Shown one piece after another: positions 36,991 to 49,200 of a DNA stretch of 64,000 nucleotides. The notes beneath the pieces were generated by a model, which saw only the letters and a list, made by a program, of their open reading frames with translations, made no database searches and was not told the DNA's origin. Numbering within the stretch: the first letter of the stretch is position 1; every line of letters begins with the position of its first letter. Position numbers and translations under genes: made by a program. The stretch is from Pomacea canaliculata (taxonomy: Eukaryota): assembly GCF_003073045.1 (NCBI RefSeq), contig NC_037595.1:8700345-8764344 (forward strand), read 5' to 3'.

Positions 36991-38246
36991 TATTGATGTT
37001 GTAGTACGTCCTTCATTCCTTCCCTTAAACAACTCGTTTTAGGTACCCAGTCAGCATCTGAGTCAGATGGAAGAACTACGCTGCCATATGGCATGCAAAC
37101 TTCGGTCATTCCAGCCCTTGGTCTCAGGTCCACCTTCACCACCCGACTGTCAGTCCTGCCCATGGCTCCTGTTAACCACTTTATTGAAGGTTTGTGAAAT
37201 AACATGGCTTTCCCAGGAGATTGCGGGAGGTGGGTTACCACTGGCTTGCCTCCTTAGAATCGCAAATCATCTCCACAGAATGCCGTTGGCGCATTTACAG
37301 ACGGGGATGCATGTTGAGGAAATTTGAATCCCGCTTCACAGGCAACAATAATATTTCAAGCAGAAATTCTCCATCCTAGTTCTCCGTGTGTATTTATAGA
37401 GTTATCTGACGCTGACGCAGTATGTGAGATACAGAGATACTGGAGAGTCTTGTAAAATAAAACATGAAAGTCGGAGGGAGAAGGAAAGTAAGAAGAACCG
37501 CGCACAAGATGATGACGGGAGGAAACTCTTTTCATTTCATTAAGTGGATATAAGACCAGAGGGCATTATTAGCCATAACATCAGATAATAACAATCTCAT
37601 ATGTGCAACAGATGGTGACAACATGGCAAAATATATAGATGAATGCATGACACTAAATATATAGAAACAAGTGAACACTACTAGCCTGGGTTCTACGACT
37701 GTTCACTTCAGTGTGTTTAGAGGAACCAACCAAACCAGACAAAACATCATACCAAAAAAAAAAAACCTACTTACCAGTACATCAGCAAATTACCCCAGAG
37801 GACACACTGCGCGGGGTGGACAGTCCGCTCAACAACAACATCTACACCGACGACTCGTGCACCCCCAGTGTGTCGGGTGACGTTGTGATCACACGCTCAA
37901 GGGTGGCGTCGTCTGCGATACCGTTACGACTGACTTGGCATTCCCGCAACTGCGATGTGGTCTGATGATGAAAACAAACAGGATAAATAAATAAATAATT
38001 CAATGTTATGTGTTGCTTTTTTGCTGGAAGTCTGATGAAATATTCACACATCCACTTTTTTTGTAACTCACCCCTACCTCCTAAATAAATGCACATCACA
38101 GGAGTCATGTCCCTTTCCCATTACTAATTACCACCATATCTCTGACGTCATCGTATTTATCATGTATAGACGTTATGTTAAGGCAGACTATCGTCATAGA
38201 TAGTGCGACGTTTGCCAGCAAAGCTTTCAAAAATATATTAGCTGCG

Positions 38247-38277
38247 CGCGCGTGTCTCTGTGTGTCTGTGTGTGTGT

Positions 38278-38308
<31 letters not shown>

Positions 38309-38332
38309 AGTGTGTCTATCTCTGTGTTTGTC
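38247..38332. repeat. (TG)n/(TGTC)n microsatellite
   Basis: cgtgtctctgtgtgtctgtgtgtgtgtgtgtctgtgtgtgtgtgtgtgtgtgtg... Confidence 0.9.
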
Positions 38333-38600
38333 TGTGTGTGCGCGGACGTGTATAGGTGGACTGCTGTCTGTCTACCGAGACCAACACTTAGCCTCTTGCG
38401 AAGTTCTCCGCTGTCGGTCTCGGCGAGCCTAAACAATTAATGTGACTAAACCGGAAGCTTTGTACACACCAGCCTCGTTTTAGTAGTTAAGCTGAAATGT
38501 GACTTTTACCGGAAACTTCGTATACACCAGCCTCGTTTTAGCAGTTAACTGGAAAAAAAATCGTCTGCCAGTAGTCCAGTAATACAAGTTCGTGGGGTAT
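38330..38600 (+). repeat. Interspersed repeat family 1, copy B (with internal ~50-bp subunit duplication)
   Basis: Reads tgtataggtggactgctgtctgtctaccgagaccaacacttagcctcttgcgaagttctccgctgtcggtctcggcgagcctaaacaattaatgtgactaaaccggaagctttgta... The subunit ccggaa.cttcgtatacaccagcctcgttttagcagttaa is repeated twice. It ends in gtaatacaagttcgtgg and is preceded by a (TG)n microsatellite. Confidence 0.6.
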
Positions 38601-38860
38601 ATATATATGTGTTCGTTAAATCCCGTGCAGCAGAGCCAGCCGCCATCCTCACCCACAAAATAAAGCCAGGTGTGCACCAGGGTATGTTTCAGACTGTAGT
38701 CGTTGAGTGACTATCCATGAGCATCTGTCTCATTACGTCTGTACGTGTATATGACATGTCCATCCATGCGTTGGTTCATGCGTCAACAAGTCTCCTTTAT
38801 TCGTACGTCCGTCTGCCTGTACACTTGCACACGTGTCATTTCAGGTTACATTAAACAGGC

Positions 38861-38910
38861 AGGACCAGGAGGGACCAGGAGGGATCAGGAGGGACCAGGA
38901 GGGAGACGGG
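38861..38910. repeat. (GGACCAGGAG)n 10-bp tandem repeat x~4.5
   Basis: aggaccaggagggaccaggagggatcaggagggaccaggaggga. Confidence 0.85.
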
Positions 38911-39924
38911 GCAGGCTGTTCGCTAAATCGACTGATCAGGCCGGAGGAAATTGTCTCCCATTCAGCGCCAGCAGGGAACACATATTCTACATTTCCAGGT
39001 TAGACTGCGAGGACAATCAGCAATTCACTGCTTTAAAAGTCGGCATCTAAGTGGGGTTTGGGGAGGCTTGTCCATTAGAAATAGACGGTTGGTATTTTTG
39101 TTTTTGTTTTCTCATTTGTGTGTGAGATAGAAAAAGGAGAAAGAGAGAGTGAAAGAGCGTGAGAGAGGTATGAGGGTGTACTTTCTCGACTTTGACCATC
39201 ACCTTCCCCCTAACCTTGTTAGCAATCTTGGTTAATTTTTTAGGATCATGCTGTTTAGCTTGACAGGCACTTTCCTTTAAAATGGAGGAGTACATCGACC
39301 AGGGCACATCACTGTGGCTGTGCTCACCGCCTTATTCGTGTTTACCAAAATGAAAATAGACGACCCACCGAAGTTCCCACGGTACGGTTAATTTTACTCT
39401 TTTCCCCTCTTACTGGTTATCTATGACCATGGGCATCATGAGTCCTATTTATAGCTTTATAAATGACGAAAATTATCTTTAATCTTCAGTTTAATTGAAG
39501 AGCGGAAACTGGCAAAACAAATAACTTATATATAAACCCTGGATTACTTAATTGTTTGAGTGATTTATTTACTGATAATTTCGGGGTTGGTTAGTAGTTA
39601 TTTCTTTACACTTTATGTGTATTTGTAGACAGATGCATAAACATCAAATGTTAGCTCGTTTACAACAAACAGTCACAGACAAACACTATCAATTGAAAGA
39701 TCTTGCTAAAGCTGTTGAAGCTAGCTAGTCACGTTTGGGACAAAACGAAGGAGAAGAAAAGCTCTGTAAATGCCCCGAGTGGCCCGACTGAGCTCCTTAG
39801 TGTAAGAAGTCTCGGAGGCTTTGTGGTAATGGAGGGAATTTAATGGAGAAACCTATAAAGGATTTCCTACAAGGTTTCTCGCATCTGCCGTTCACAGTCC
39901 TTTCACTTGTTTCTGCTGGACCAG

Positions 39925-40040
39925 TCACCACTCTGTCCCAGTGCACCGGCTGAACCAGCCAGTCACCCTTCTTGGACAATTGTACCGGCTGAACCAGCCA
40001 CTCACCCTGCTTGGACATTTGTACCGGTTGAACCAGCCAG
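39925..40040. repeat. ~45-bp tandem repeat x2.5
   Basis: Unit ccggctgaaccagccagtcacccttcttggacaattgta, then ccggctgaaccagccactcaccctgcttggacatttgta, then ccggttgaaccagccagttgac. Confidence 0.8.
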
Positions 40041-41315
40041 TTGACATATGTGACGAGAAAATATAGCCGACCAAGCAAATAAAAAAAGATAAGAGAGAGA
40101 GATAGGGGGGACGAAAAAAAAATGAAAAAAAGGAGATGACAGGCTGCTTGGACTTCATGGTGGAAAATTTGCAGGGATGGGAATCCTCTGATGTGGCTGT
40201 GGCGTTCCCAGGTCAGAAGGCGTCAGATCTGATGTGCTTCACACGAAAGCCCAGGACTGGCTCACTGCATAGCAAGAAAACCAGGCGGCACATTCCCGAC
40301 AGAGGTCTGCCCACCCTGCTGGCGCCGCTTAACTCGCCCATCCCTCGCTGTTGTAACCATCACACAAGTGGACGGTTGGATGGATGCCTCGGTTTCAGCA
40401 GCTATGATATCCCAAAAGGATAAAAACCCATTACTGAATAAAGTTTTCTTTTTGTGTGCTTTGCGGCAAAGGGTTAGATCATGCGTTCCACAAAGTGAAA
40501 CACAAAATTGTGTGCAAGAAACAGAAAAGCCTCTTTTTATATAAATAAAATATACAAACCCCAATAAAAACTACATTGAAATTAGTTAATTTAACCTTGC
40601 AGAAAGTACCGCTACCAGAATTCGTCATTGGTCTTGCTTTTGGTGAGTGGAACTGTCGCAAGAAAAAAAATGTCCACAAAGATGGCAGCAGGAGCACAGA
40701 CATTTCAGGGATCGAGATCATAGAAGACAGAGGTGAAAGGTTGCAGCCGCCATCAGCAGGCAGACGACGTCGTTGATGAGCTTCGCGAATTCCACGCCCC
40801 TCTCCAGATGTCAAGATGTGTGCAAGATGGCGGGCACGGCATCTCCGTACGAAGTGCGCATGGGCGGTGAACGGTCGTCTGCGTGACGTAGACACGGCGT
40901 GATGTCAAGTGCTGCTGCCAGTCAGCCCCACAGTGGGAGGAGGAGGAGGTAGAGACGCTGGCATGGCTGAGAACTTGTTTGTCAGAGAAAACAAGAAAAG
41001 AAAGAAATGAACCCCATACCACCCCACAAAACAAAGAAAGAAAAAAAAGAAGAAGAAAAAAAAAAGCCGCTGAGCCTGCCAAAGGCTGAAAAGAAATGTG
41101 TCACTCGACTCAAAGTCAATAAAGGATGGCTCTCCATTAGTTCTTTTTCGCAGACGTCAGTCTCTTATTTGAGCAGCGAAATGTCGTGCAGCCATATCGT
41201 GAAAAGCCCGGATGTTACAGAGCCGCCATCTTTCAGGCGCTCGTGTCTTTTGACGTCCTCGATGACAGCTATTTATTTCTCTTTTTTTCTCGGAGAAGAC
41301 GCAGCCAACACGCAA

Positions 41316-41360
41316 AGAAATAAAATAAAATAAAAATAAAAAATAAAAATAAAAATAAAG
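41316..41360. repeat. (AAAAT)n microsatellite
   Basis: aaataaaataaaataaaaataaaaaataaaaataaaaataaag. Confidence 0.9.
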
Positions 41361-42663
41361 CGAAATACAAAACAGTGGATTGGACAGTTTGGAAGTGTAT
41401 AGTCTTGGAACACGGGACTAGATTTAGGGCGCATTGAAGCAAGCCATGGAGGTCTGAGAGGGAAGGAAAGTCTGAATCGATGAATAAGGGGGACAGAAAA
41501 GATTTCAGGGCTGGCGACTTACCGTCAGGTAGAGGGCCGGGCGTATATTGATATACACATAAACTCTTTAGACTTCATTGATGTCTCCTCCTTGTCGAGC
41601 AGGGCCCCGATCCTATCGACTTCAGGACGCCGAGGGTTAATGAAGGCCGAGCGCGAGGACCTCGGCCTCCCAGACTTCTTGTCACGCTAACCAGGACGTC
41701 TGGCATCGATAGATGGTCAGGTATTACAGCGGTAATGGCGACTTTGATGTTAGGGTGCTTGCAGTCAGCCGGGTGGATGGTGTGCGTGAGATGAGGAAGG
41801 AGGTCGGGGTGGAGGAGACAAGGTGGGGTATCAACTACTGACCACACACCACCCAGTAATTGCATTAACATCACAAGCCTGTACCTGAAGTTTATGGATT
41901 TGTTTTTCTTCGCAATGTGTTTTTACATCAGTATTTAGTATACTTTAGTATTGTTTCCTTTAAAGTGGTTACTGGTGAGCTCAACTCAGCCCTGAAAACA
42001 CACAAACAAACAAACGTGTGCGAGAGGAGCGGAGGGATTTCGAGGCCTGTGATCAAAAAGGCGTTCGCGCTTTTCTAAAAACTACACCTGACATTCGACC
42101 TGGCGGAAGAAATTTAATCACGACTTGTCTTAAAAAAGGTGATAAATGTGTTTCTATTGAAGAGAGTTCAGGGCGATAAAGATTAGACATTTTTGAAAAT
42201 GGACAGTGGTGTGGAAAGTTCTTACACACACACGCACACACTCACGCACTCACGCATTCACGCGCACCTATAGATCACTAAGGTAAACAAAAGAATGGAG
42301 ATTCTCTCGTGGGCTTGTAAATGCATTAACGGGACACACAAAATTAAGAGGCTGAGAGAGAAAAAGGGAAAAAGGAGAAAGAGTCAAATAAAATTTCCTC
42401 TTAATTTCTTTTTCGAAATCATAATATCTTAATCTCCTTTCCTCACCATACTACTTGAAATAATCACATCTCACCATTCCATGTGATGTAATCCTGCATG
42501 GAAATAATAAAGTATAACAGATGGAACACGGGAGTGCAATAAAGAAGTTGGAGGACACGTGTGATTGATGACAGTGATCTCACACTGCACGTGGCTAATG
42601 TCCATCAACATTTACAGTTACAAAGCTTGGTCTCACACAAATGCACGACCTGGAGAGAGAGCG

Positions 42664-42723
42664 ATGACCACTGGGTTCATAGGATGACCACTGGGTTCAT
42701 AGGATGACCACTGGGTTCATTGA
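42664..42723. repeat. 21-bp perfect tandem repeat x3
   Basis: (gatgaccactgggttcatag) x3. Confidence 0.9.
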
Positions 42724-43539
42724 AGACTGAAGTCACTCAGCCACGGATCCAGGACGAGGATCCTGACAATGCACCGGGTCGCGATTTGAGGACAACGCTT
42801 CCGGTCTCTATCTCCAAGGTATCCTCACAACCTCCTCCTACCTCCAGCCTCTATCATTTTTATTTGGTTACTGCTTGGGAGTAAAGCAATCAAATTGAGG
42901 AAGGAGGGAGAGGAAGAGTATCTGGAAATCGTTGAGGGCTTATGGCCGAGTATCTGATCGATCAGCCTGTCCAAGACTTTATGAGTTTCTTAAAATATTC
43001 TTATTGGAGAAGAGTTATCTAGCTTAATGTCAGGCTAACCAAGGGGATTGGATTATGTCGGGAGGAGAAAACTTGGTATAGAAGTATTCAGTAAAGTCAA
43101 CCACTGAAAGACGCTGGTACACAGGACAACACTTTGGTACAAATCATGGGTACACGAGTACTGTACTGGTTCATAGAATGAGTACACCAGTACTGAGATG
43201 GTACAAAACATTGGTGCACATGTAACACACTGGAATACCGTGCACCGGGAATTACCTTGAACCTTCTCTGCTTTCTGTTTGTCCGTCCGTCCATCCAATT
43301 ATTTTGCACTTTCTAGATCACGTGACAAGAGACACTAGCATTCCCAGCAGTCGCAGACGGTGGAGCAGACAGGCTTTGCGAAATCGCGCAGGAAATTAAA
43401 ACAACCCCTCAACACAAAGCAAAATCAAAGGAATCAGAACAACAAAAAAATGAATGAATTAATACATGAATCAATTAACAAACCAATTCGTCAAGAAAAC
43501 AAACTAAAGAAAAACGAAACAAATAATTAAAAAAAATTA

Positions 43540-43615
43540 TATAACACTAGGACTCTTTTTCAAACAAACAAACAAAAAAACAAACAAAAAAAAAAAAACA
43601 ACAACAATTGTATGG
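43540..43615. repeat. (CAAA)n A-rich tract
   Basis: caaacaaacaaacaaaaaaacaaacaaaaaaaaaaaaaacaacaacaa. Confidence 0.9.
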
Positions 43616-44399
43616 TTTAAAAAAAATGTTGGTAATACGCTGAGCAGAAGGCAGCTGAAAAATCTTATTCAAGAACATGAAGTACAAGCCGGAAATGAAG
43701 GGCACCAGCATCCGTCGTCAACACATGTGGTCTCCCTTTCCCTCTCCCCTCGATACACAGATCTTCCCACTTCCCAATTCTTTCTTAATCATCTCATCAC
43801 TCACTCCCTTATTATGCGTGTCCACATCCCCCATCCCATTCCCACTACAGTGGAAAAATCCCCACATATGGAAATATTTTACCGGAAAGAAAAAGGAACG
43901 GAAAATTACGTGAAGAGTTTGTGATATTGTATTTTTATGATTTGTCTTAAAGAATACAGTTGTATGTCACTGTGTGAAGAGTTGACAGCATTGTATCTAT
44001 TTACTTAATGAATATAGTTATATCTCATTGGATGACGTGTTATCAATACTTAAAGTCCCATGCACTAACTGCCCACAAATACCCACAAATCCACACCGAT
44101 GTTTGTAGTCAGATGAGATAAACACCGTTCATTGCAAAGCAAACGACAGAAATTCTTTATTTGGACAGCTGCTCCTGTCTGTCGTCCCGTTCCCTCCCTC
44201 TCTCGTGTCTCACCCACCCTGCTCAGTGCTCACCCACACCCCGAGCGTTCAAAGCAGACGACTGGAGGCGTTTACTTTGATTGCGTCTCGGCGTCTGGGA
44301 GCGGAATCTCTGACTGTGGCGTGACAGGTGTCACAGACACGTGACAAAAATTACTACGTGCCGCTCTCTCTACGGACCAATCCCTCTCCTCCCCCAACT

Positions 44400-45960
44400 T
44401 CTCCCAGTCCGCCATCTTGACAGGCAACAAGTTGTCGCCCCTGAAGCGCGTCGTGCTCTGAGGTCTGTGCACGGGGTAGGTGGGGTACTCGTAACACCCT
44501 CCAAAGTGGTGAAACGAATTACACTTAAAAAAACTTCTTTTATGTCCGTTATTAATGTCTCAAACATAAAATCGCAAGAGAAATATGCTCAAATCTCTAT
44601 CCGGTCAAAAAAAAACCTGGGGTGACGTCACGCTTGGACATGCCAATGGTCTGCTCCTGGTAAACCTGGTTAAATACTGCGACTGTGCTTTTAGTGTAAA
44701 AGTTGGGCAGAAAACTCGAATATTGAAAACTCAAAGCAAGAATAAGTGTTTATACTTTCTAAACTGACCTGACATGGATGAGACAGCGGGTCGACTTGGT
44801 TTGTGTATACCGACTTCATAGCATCTTCTCCAATGGCTCGTACCTACTGTACAGGTGAATGCATTTCTTGTCCAGCAACACGACAATTTTGCCCGAAACA
44901 TTTCAGTGTTTGTAGTATTATTCTCTCAAAATCCTGTCAAACAGTGATAAATATAAAATTAACCTTTTCATCCTTACGTGTCTCGTAAACAACTCAATGC
45001 CACGTGAGGGGGAAAAAAAAACAACCCCGAGGAAATTCAGACTGTTACTGAAGAAAAAAGATTCGTTGCATCGAATTATATATTTTCTTATCATATTATT
45101 CTTCCTTGGTAGAGCTAGAGATTAAAATCTTACTAGAAATCCGACACATTGCTAGGACCTCCGGCCATTTGCATGCGTGGACTGGCAATACAACGGTGAC
45201 GTAGCACGTTATTCTCGCAGGGGAACGAGATGTTGTAGGACTATTTGATGACAGGTGCAAATCGCCAGCTTTGATAGATAATAATAAATGAACTGGATTA
45301 TTTCAAGCGCTGAAATTTACAGAATTTAACTATATTGTCTCCACCTTCCTGAACGTCTGTGAAACGTGAATCACACGACTGAGTCTTTCAACTCCGTGGT
45401 GTAAACGAGAAGATAAATATTGAATATCTCGTATGATACCACATGACAGAATGATAGGGCGAGAGTCAAATACTCAGCTATATCAGTTAGATGAAGATGA
45501 CGATGATGATGGTAATAATCATTATTATTATTATCTCTTGCTGACGCATATCTGCCGAACTGGATTTGCATGAAGAACAAATGTAGTAAAACTATTTTAG
45601 CTACTTCGTGACGTCACATTCATATAATTCATGCAAATATGGATAAATAATTACAACCGTTCTACATTTATTTCAATATTCCGTCTGCACGCTTCAAAGT
45701 AAAGAATGAAAAAGCAAGGAAACATCGCAAAACCCTTGGAACAGAAAATAGAAAGTTTAGTCTGGATTTTTTTCCTGTCTTCATGGTGATGTCCTATCAT
45801 TCCGGTAATACAAAAAACTGTCTTTCTCTCTCTCCATCTCTCTTAAAACTAGAGCCTGAGACTGCACCGCTTGTTGTATGACAAGATACTATCTACAAGA
45901 CGCTGACTGAGCGCCATGATTTAAGATGGCGGCCCTCTTGAGAGGATCTGAAAACCGTTG
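44400..45960. promoter_or_regulatory. Candidate bidirectional promoter / regulatory module (paired divergent YY1-like motifs, CRE palindromes, octamer motifs)
   Basis: CAAGATGGCGGAC sits on the minus strand at about 44404-44416 and AAGATGGCGGCC on the plus strand at 45921-45932; both match the YY1 core AAnATGGCG. GCGCCATGA lies adjacent at 45908. TGACGTCA perfect CRE palindromes occur at 44623-44630 and 45608-45615, with CRE-like TGACGTAG at 45209. ATTTGCAT occurs at 45167 and 45563, and ATGCAAAT at 45631. CCAAT occurs at 44647. Assignment is motif-based only. Confidence 0.35.
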
Positions 45961-46089
45961 CGGAAGTCTGACGGTCAATCACTTAAATCGGTTTCACACG
46001 CTCCTCCTTCCCACTTCCCTTGTGTTTACGGGAGCGAGGCTGTTGTCGTGCTGTCGTGTAGTCTGTCGGCGGTCGGTAAATATATCAAA

Positions 46090-46166
46090 GAGTTAAGGAA
46101 GAAAGTTAATAGCCTGCAGGAGAGAGCGAAGGTCCAGGGTGAAAAAACTGTTCTGGACATTTATCG
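46090..46166 (+). other. Candidate plus-strand exon ending in consensus donor (unknown gene)
   Basis: Open frame ...SAVGKYIKELRKKVNSLQERAKVQGEKTVLDIY runs from plus ORF 45958..46176 and ends at ATTTATC|GTAAGT. A pyrimidine-rich acceptor (ctgtcgtgtag) lies upstream at about 46070. No homology was recognised. Confidence 0.25.
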
Positions 46167-46184
46167 TAAGTTCTAGTTTGTTTG

Positions 46185-46290
46185 GGCTTTTTGTTTGTTT
46201 GGTTTTGTTTTTTGTTTTTTGTTTCTGTTGTTTGTTTTTTGTTTGTTTGTTTGTTTTGTTTTTTTGTTGTTTTGTTTTGTTTGCTTCAGA
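46185..46290. repeat. (TTTG)n microsatellite (~100 bp) immediately 3' of a consensus splice donor
   Basis: gtttgtttgggctttttgtttgtttggttttgttttttgtttttt... Confidence 0.9.
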
Positions 46291-49200
46291 TTTTATATTT
46301 GAAGAGTAGAGTCTTTCGCTTCTCTGATAAATAAAGAAAATGATAAATCGAGTTTTAATTGTTTTTTAAAGTTATACTTTCAGAGTTGTGACAGGTATCA
46401 GGATTGAATGAAAGTACATATAAAATAGTTTTATTTAAGAAAGGGAAACTTAATAATGCCTTAGTCGTCAGTCTATTTTCCAGTCTAGAAACCAAACCTG
46501 CTCATCGCCAGGACAGAAAGGACAACCTTCATCCACTGGCAGGCAGTTGGCAACCTTTCTCTCAGTTCTCCTGATTACGTATTGTCAAGTCGTTTGTCTT
46601 TCTTCTTCCTGCTACAATTCCCCCATTTACCTCCGTCACTTCGTCATGGCCCACCCTCCATTATCCTCCATGTGTCCCCCACTTCCGCCTGGCTATTCGC
46701 GCAGAAATTTCTCGCAACAATGTTTCAGTCACCTTCACCTTCCTTGTCGTTGTCCGTGGAGTTTATTTCTGAGGGTTTTTAAATTTTCAAGCAAAAGCTA
46801 CTGACCATTGAAATATATCTTTCTTTCGTAAATAGTTGTTTTCTTTTTTCCAGAGCTCATGTTTTCCGAATCCATTATTTATCGCGCGGTCGGAGGCCCC
46901 AGGGCGGCCGGATTTTCGCGAGACGACTGTGCCTCCCGCAAAAACGTGATTTAGTGCCGCATCCAGTTTAGGGAAACAGACTCATAAATAATAAAATAAA
47001 CATTCGTTCTTCACCATCCGCTGGGAGTCTTGAATTCTGCTCCCTCTCCCTTTCTCTCCCACCAACCTCGCTCGCTCCCAGGTGGCGCTGGTGGTCGTCT
47101 TGCGATTTCTAGGATTCTCCAAGGTGCCGATGCTAACAGCTTTTTAGGAATCTACATGCTAAAAGGAAAAGGGATGGAAGAAAACTACACAAACAAATTT
47201 TTGTACAGTCTTTCGTTCTCGCTTGGAGACAAAGGGGCGATGATCAATCTGGATTATTCACCCCACACGCGCACGCGCGCACACACACACACCAACACTG
47301 AATACATTTGCTAATTTGCTACAGAGCTACAATCAGTCTTACAGAGAGGTGAGCAGTCTGATCTCCGATTTAGTTTCTTTGGTGATTACAGGGTAACATG
47401 TTGGAAGTATAAAGAAACTGTACTGCAAGTGATTTCAGGTGATACATGTTAGAGCAAGTGTGCAACATAGTGTTGAGTAATCGTGCACTAGTCTGACGTC
47501 ACGGTAGTACACGTGTATTGCAAGTTCTCAGCATGTGCATAGTGAATTGGAAATATTCAGCAAGTATATTGTAAATATGCGTGAAGTGTCCACCAAAATG
47601 CAGCAAGTATCTCTCAAGTGTACAAGAGGCCACATCACACGACACCTCAATCATCTACCCTGAACCCAACATTCGTGGCGGTTTTCCGGACGACACCTCC
47701 ATCAGAACGCCAGCATGGGTAGAGGAGTGGTCTTCACGCAGGCACAAATGGCTTTTCCTGAATATTCATTAGAAGGGAATTGCTGGGCCCCTGCCAGACG
47801 AACATCCAGTGACAGAATATGACATTTTCTGTCCGTCTGGGCCCGGCACGCAAATATAAGGCACACGTTAATTATGCCATCGATTGTGGCCAAAGCCCCG
47901 GCTGTTGATCATTTCACATTTTATTCTCCCCAATATTATTTCTCAAGCTTTGCTGTTATCTACTACCAAACCCCCCTTCCTCATCCCGAGAAGCAGTAAC
48001 AGATCAGTAAGGAAGTAAGGAAGAAAGAATAAGGAAATCCAACAAATCTTTGCAGGAAAGGAATTAAAAATAACATGACTAGTAGGCTTGGGTCGGAGGT
48101 TTTCTTGGTTGAAGTGTAGAGTGAGGACTCTTCATCGAATAGTCGATGTATGGAGGAGAGAAAGAAGATTCTACAGAGCTGGACGTGCCTTGTCCGTGGG
48201 GGGAAAAATAAATGGCTAAATGGATTTCTTGTTTCTAGCAGAAGCGGTGGAGCTTGATGTATCTGAGAGAGAAAGAAAAGATTAAATTAGAAAAACAATT
48301 GAAGTATCTCTCTCTTGTGTGTGAGCGCTCCTGTTTGTATGTGTGTACGCTTACTTTTGTTTCTTGAGCTTCTGTGTTTTTTTTCTGATAATTTTTGTGT
48401 TTCTGGTTATTTGTTGAGTGTTTGAGTATGCTTCCATGTATACTGTTCGTGTGCATCAATGTCTGTTTGTATTTCTCTGTGTGTTTGCGTGTTTACAGGA
48501 CTTGTTTGCGTGTCTGTGCGCGTGCGTGCGCGTGCGGCGATTGTCATCCAGGGATGTATGTGCGGCGCAGCAAGGTTTTATCTCGCATGGGATGCGCTTG
48601 GAAATGAGTCTGTATGCGCAGCGCCCTCCCAAGGGAGTCGCAAAGCTCAGGACCAAATTTGCTTGATGTCATTTTTCATCCCCGAAAGCCCTGCGTCCCT
48701 CTGGACGTGTCTGTTGTCCTTTCTATCAGTCATTACAATTTTTTCCGGCCACCAGGCGGCGCTGTGATAAATGACACGAGAGACTGCGCGCAAGATAAGG
48801 GCTTTGCAAGGAGCGTGGAAGGTGATTAATCAGGTGAGGGTAGAGTTAGACTACAAGCCATTAGAAGGGTTTAAATAACGGCGAATTTGTTGCAGGAGAA
48901 TCACTATTTCCTCACTTTGATCGATGGTGTGTAAGTGCGTGACACAAGCACAAGAAAAAAAAAAGGAGAAAACTCTCTAGAGGCCTTGATGGCTTCGTAA
49001 AAGGACCTGTGGAATACCCCTTCAATGGTGTCACTTCAAGTTTACGATTCATGGCGAGTAGCTGCCTCATCAATCATTGTACCCGGGGCCTGGTCTTCGC
49101 ATCAGGTCAGAAAACACGGAGACTGGCCTCTCTTGTTCGGATACAGGGTGCGTTGGTGTTGGATTATTCATAATGCGGGTGTTTGGTTACTAGTGTGTTT

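Noticed and set aside
40479-41082. 138-aa and 109-aa minus-strand ORFs
   Set aside because: No recognisable domain. Both are rich in R/S/F with A/G-rich low-complexity flanks. No splice-consistent structure, so not called.
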